Shown here piece by piece: positions 59,763 through 64,000 of a DNA stretch of 64,000 bases. Numbering within the stretch: the first letter of the stretch is position 1; each line of letters starts with the position of its first letter. The stretch comes from Takakia lepidozioides (taxonomy: Eukaryota; Plantae; Bryophyta). The position numbers and the translations under genes are program-made. The stretch lies in NCBI GenBank assembly GCA_030704615.1, contig CM060731.1:88226001-88290000 (forward strand). The letters are read 5' to 3'. The notes below the pieces were generated by a model, which was given only the letters and a program-made list of their open reading frames with translations, made no database searches and was not told the DNA's origin.

Positions 59763-62700
59763 CATTTCAAGATATTCAAGAACTATCTCAATGATTTTAT
59801 GCAGGTATTTTTGGATGATTTCAGTGTCTTTGGACAGAAATCCAAACATTTGGCACAGTTAAAACTTTGCCTACAAGCCTGCAGAAACAATGGAGTAAGT
59901 CTCAACCCGGAAAAATGTACATTATGTGTGAATTCAGTATTGTTATTGGGACACATTGTGTGCCAACAGGGAATTCTGGTAGATCCAAAGAAAGTGGAGG
60001 TTATCCAGAAAATACCACCACCAGAAAATCCCAAGAAACTCAAGAGATTTCTGGGACAGACGAGCTATTACAGAAAGTACATGGACAAATATGCTCACAG
60101 AGCGGCACCAGTCTATAGACTACTGAAGCAAGATACCGAATATCGATGGTCTCCAGCTTGCCAAGAATCATTTGATTCACTAAAAAGGGCACTCACAGCA
60201 GCACCAATTCTGATAAATCCAAGATGGGATTTACCATTTCATGTACACAGTGATGCATCAAGCATTGCTTTGGGAGCGGTTCTAGCCCAGAATGTGACAG
60301 GCACAATAGATTCACCAATCTATTATGCAAGTAGATTGTTGAAAGAACTATAGCACCACAGAAAGAGAAGCATTGGCAATGATTTATGCTGTTCAAAAAT
60401 TTCGACATTATTTACTTGGCAATCGTTTTAAGTTCATTGTTGATCATCAGGCTCTAGTTCATCTAGCAAATCGACCACTAGCTAGTGGCAGGGTTGCTCG
60501 ATGGTTATTACTTCTTCATGAGTATGACTTTGAAGTTGTTCATAAACCAGGGAGATTACATGTTACAGCAGATCATCTGTCAAGGATTACTACAGGAGAA
60601 CCAGCCACGGGGGTAGAGGATCAACTTCCCGATGCATTTATGTTTGCTGTTCAACCAGAAGCACCAGATGAAGAGACAGATCCTATAAATGCTCTAGGAA
60701 TGTTTCAAGGAGACTATGACCTTCCAGATGCTCTCAAACTCATGGACGACACGGATGAAGAAGAAGATTCATCCAATGAAGATGAACCTCTTGATGAAGG
60801 ACTTATTATCACAAGAGTACTGCTTACTATCCTCAAGGAAACGGTTAGGCCGAATCTACCAACAAAATATTATGCACTATCTTAACCAAGATAGTAAATG
60901 CCAATCGTACAGATTGGGACACCAAATTTGAACACAACACTATGGGCATTCAGGACATCATACAAGGTAACCACGAAGCATACACCATTTCAACTGGTGT
61001 ATGGAACAGAGGCACTATTACCTATTGAATGTATGATACCCACACTACGAACCGAGACTCATGAACGATGGGGTTTAGAAGAATCCTTACGAGTCAGGGA
61101 ATATGAGTTATTCCATTTGGAAGAAGTTCGAACAGATGCCGCAGATAATATGGCACGAATTCAGGAACAACGAAGGAATAGAATATCCGAAGGGAAAGAG
61201 AAATCTTTCCAGGACGGGGACATTGTATTATGGTTACCAAAAATCAAGAAGATCAAACTGGGCAGAAAATTGAAAATGCCATGGATCGGACCCTTTCAAA
61301 TCAAAAGGGTATATGACAATGGAACTGTTGATTTACAAACCTTGGAACAAGAATTCATGGGACGAATTAATATTAACAAGTTAAAAGGCTACCAGGGAAT
61401 ACATGACAAAGCCCTTATACATGATTTATACACCAACGAGGAAGATCAAACTGAAGATGAGGAGCGCGAAACTACCAATGCCTACTATATTCATCACGAC
61501 ACGGTGAATCAGCATATACTAAGACAAGTGGCAACACGAATTCAGGGCACCACGACGGCTAGACCACCATTTATCTGGAGGACAACATTACCACCCCGTA
61601 TACCATATGGTGAACCGTGGCCAGCACAGATGCCCTACAGAACAGTGAACGAATACGAAACGGCCAACGAGTCACTGCTTGTGTTAAATTCCGAGATGTA
61701 CGCTCCAGATCACCCCACCGACAGTGGTAATCATACACCACTACCCTTCGATCATAACACAGAGGCGGAACGACGGCGCAATCCAACGGATTGCCCAAAA
61801 ACGGCGGACGATAAGGGCAAAGCCATTAAACCAAGCTGCAAGTACTGCGCCAATGCCGCCCATCTAAAAACGGACCACATACCAAAGTGGATAACACAGC
61901 TCAGAGGGATGAACATAAACTGACCGAAACTGGACAATCATCAATGACCATCGGTTTTAAACAAAACAAATCACGAAGAAAAAACCAACGGAAGAAAATC
62001 AAGCACAAAAGGTATGAAGTTTTCTCAAAACCCTTACCTGAGGCTAAATGCTTCTTGGTAAGCCTGGGCCCAACAATTAAAGCTAACCACACTTTAAACC
62101 TAGGCAAACAGCAGGACAGATATACCTCCACGAGAACCTCGAGAGAAGTTAGAGGAGAAACCTACAGAGAGGAATCCCTACTTAAACCCAGGAGCAAACT
62201 CCTCACCTTCTCTTCCGCAAACTGGAAATTGTTGTATACACAACTTCCAGTGTGCTTCATACTTCTTGTGATACAGGAATTGCTCCAATTCCTTACAGCA
62301 ACCGCGAGACTAAGAGAAATGGCAGGCACCAAGCGGAAGGCACCAAGTTCTTATGCGCAAGTCAATTTCAAAATCAGCCCAACATTGCGGAAGATTGAGC
62401 AGGACACAAAGACACAAGAGATGTTGGACAGTCTTGGCCTGCGATACTTCATCACCACGCTGGACTGGAACCTGAAGCACAACGAGCTATGCAGGGAGTT
62501 CTTGGAGAATTACAACACCAGCACTCGGAGCACAAATGTCCACGACACGCACATCCTGCTGACAGAGAGGTACTTGGCGGAAGTATTTCACCTTCCCAGT
62601 TTGGACGTACCACCGCACACCGGAAAACCTCCAAGGTTTGTACTTGCAGATTTGTTTGAGAATCTCAACCAAGCAGATCAAGGCTACACATGCAGCCATA

Positions 62701-64000
62701 GCAAAACCCATGGCTTCAGGAAGATAGCCCCAGTACTTAGCACATTGCTTTGCCTCAGGCAAAACCATAGCTACTGTACCAAGGAGCTAATCGACCAAGT
62801 GTTGATTTGCTTCAATGGGCAAATCGTGAATTGGGCAAGCTTCTTATTGAAGAAGTTAACTCAAGAACTGACCAGGTTGACAAAGAAGAAGAAGGAAGCG
62901 ACTGTTACCATGGCGACTCCATTGTTACTCCAGATGATTCGACACACTGTACACCTAACGGCCGAAGAGCAAGCGACGTTGGGAATCATACAACGGGTAG
63001 ACACAAGGGAGGAAGAAGGAAGTGAGACGGCAACATGTCAGGAAGAAGAAGAGGGCGGACTTGCAAAGAGAGCCCGGATCAACGAAGCAACCACAAGTGC
63101 AGCAGTAGAGGACATCATCAACTCGACGGCTAATTCCCCAGTACAGAGAGAAGGGGAGAATCAACAGCCAGAAGGAGGGAACAAACCACAGACCAACAAA
63201 GCAACGCCCATGGAAATTAGCCATGGCAACACCGAAGCACAGCAAGCAGCACGCACAGAGGCCACACAATCAGAGGAGGGAGACATAGTGGCGCAGCAAC
63301 AGCAGATGGTGCAACAGGCACCCGACCAGCAGCAACAGCAGATAGTACAACAGGCACCGAGTCAGCAGTAGCAAGAAAGAAATTCCAATTTGGAATTACT
63401 ACTAGCACAACAAGTTTTAGATACAAGAGCATGGGACACAGGGTTGGAGGAAGCACCACAAAATGTCATTCTGCAGGCAATACAAGCATTGGGGCAACTG
63501 ACAGTTTGTATGGACAGGGCCAAAGATTACATCAGCCCGGAAAACCTGAACATGATCTTAGACCACATCAAAGAGAAGCACCAGAGGGAATTGGCCACTA
63601 CAAGAACAGTATGTAACCATGAGGTTACAATTGCAGCATTAGAAGATCAAAAGTCGACCTTACTCCGCCAATACAACACATTGGCACAACGCAGAGATGA
63701 GTGGGAGCAAAAGTGGGAAGGATAGAGAGACAAAACACGCCATGTCCAAGCTGACCTCGATGCAGAGCAAGAGAGATCTTGGAAAACAGAGACAGAGGTG
63801 GAAACACTCACAAGGCAGGTGCAAACATTAAAGCAGCAGGTGGAGACACTCAAGGGGCAGCTGAGGACTGCCAGAGATCAGGGAACCAAATGGCTCAACA
63901 GCAACACTGCACTGCTGAAGCAAAGGGAGAATGCTGAGAGCAGGCTGTTTACCGCCACCACAGAAAGAGACATTGCCATGGGCAATGAACAAGAATGGAA
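59763..64000 (+). mobile_element. Second Ty3/Gypsy element (RT C-terminal half, RNase H, internally deleted integrase, accessory ORF); truncated on the left, runs off the window
   Basis: FMQVFLDDFSV, VHSDAS, ARWLLLLHEYDF; integrase resumes at HKSTAYYPQGNG* (~60810); PWIGPF; accessory ORF from 62319 followed by coiled coil. Confidence 0.9.

Overview
Eukaryotic, intron-containing, transposon-saturated DNA. It is most likely a land plant (PLS-class PPR fragments, CACTA, Ty3/Gypsy and LINE); a non-seed plant is my inference. No host housekeeping gene is visible. The window is a nest of mobile elements. The dominant and most unusual component is a family of large Mutator(MULE)-like DNA transposons, present as five partial copies from two subfamilies. 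Their shared layout is: end A - two divergent paralogous unknown genes (X, Y) - a spliced ~1,380+ aa gene fusing a ParB/Srx-type domain (GxxRxxA) to a beta-class N4/N6 DNA methyltransferase fold - a kb-scale array of 22-bp palindromes - a divergently transcribed transposase (GCM-like Zn domain, DDE, SWIM) - end B. Each subfamily carries its own palindrome (GGAAATTCGGCGCCGAATTTCC versus GGAAATGCGGCGCCGCATTTCC), and in subfamily 2 it also sits inside introns of the ParB-MTase gene. Also present are two Ty3/Gypsy elements with extra ORFs, a CACTA/EnSpm element, a 5'-truncated LINE, captured PPR E/E+ fragments and a 500-N assembly gap. All domain calls come from motif recognition by eye; no database search was run.
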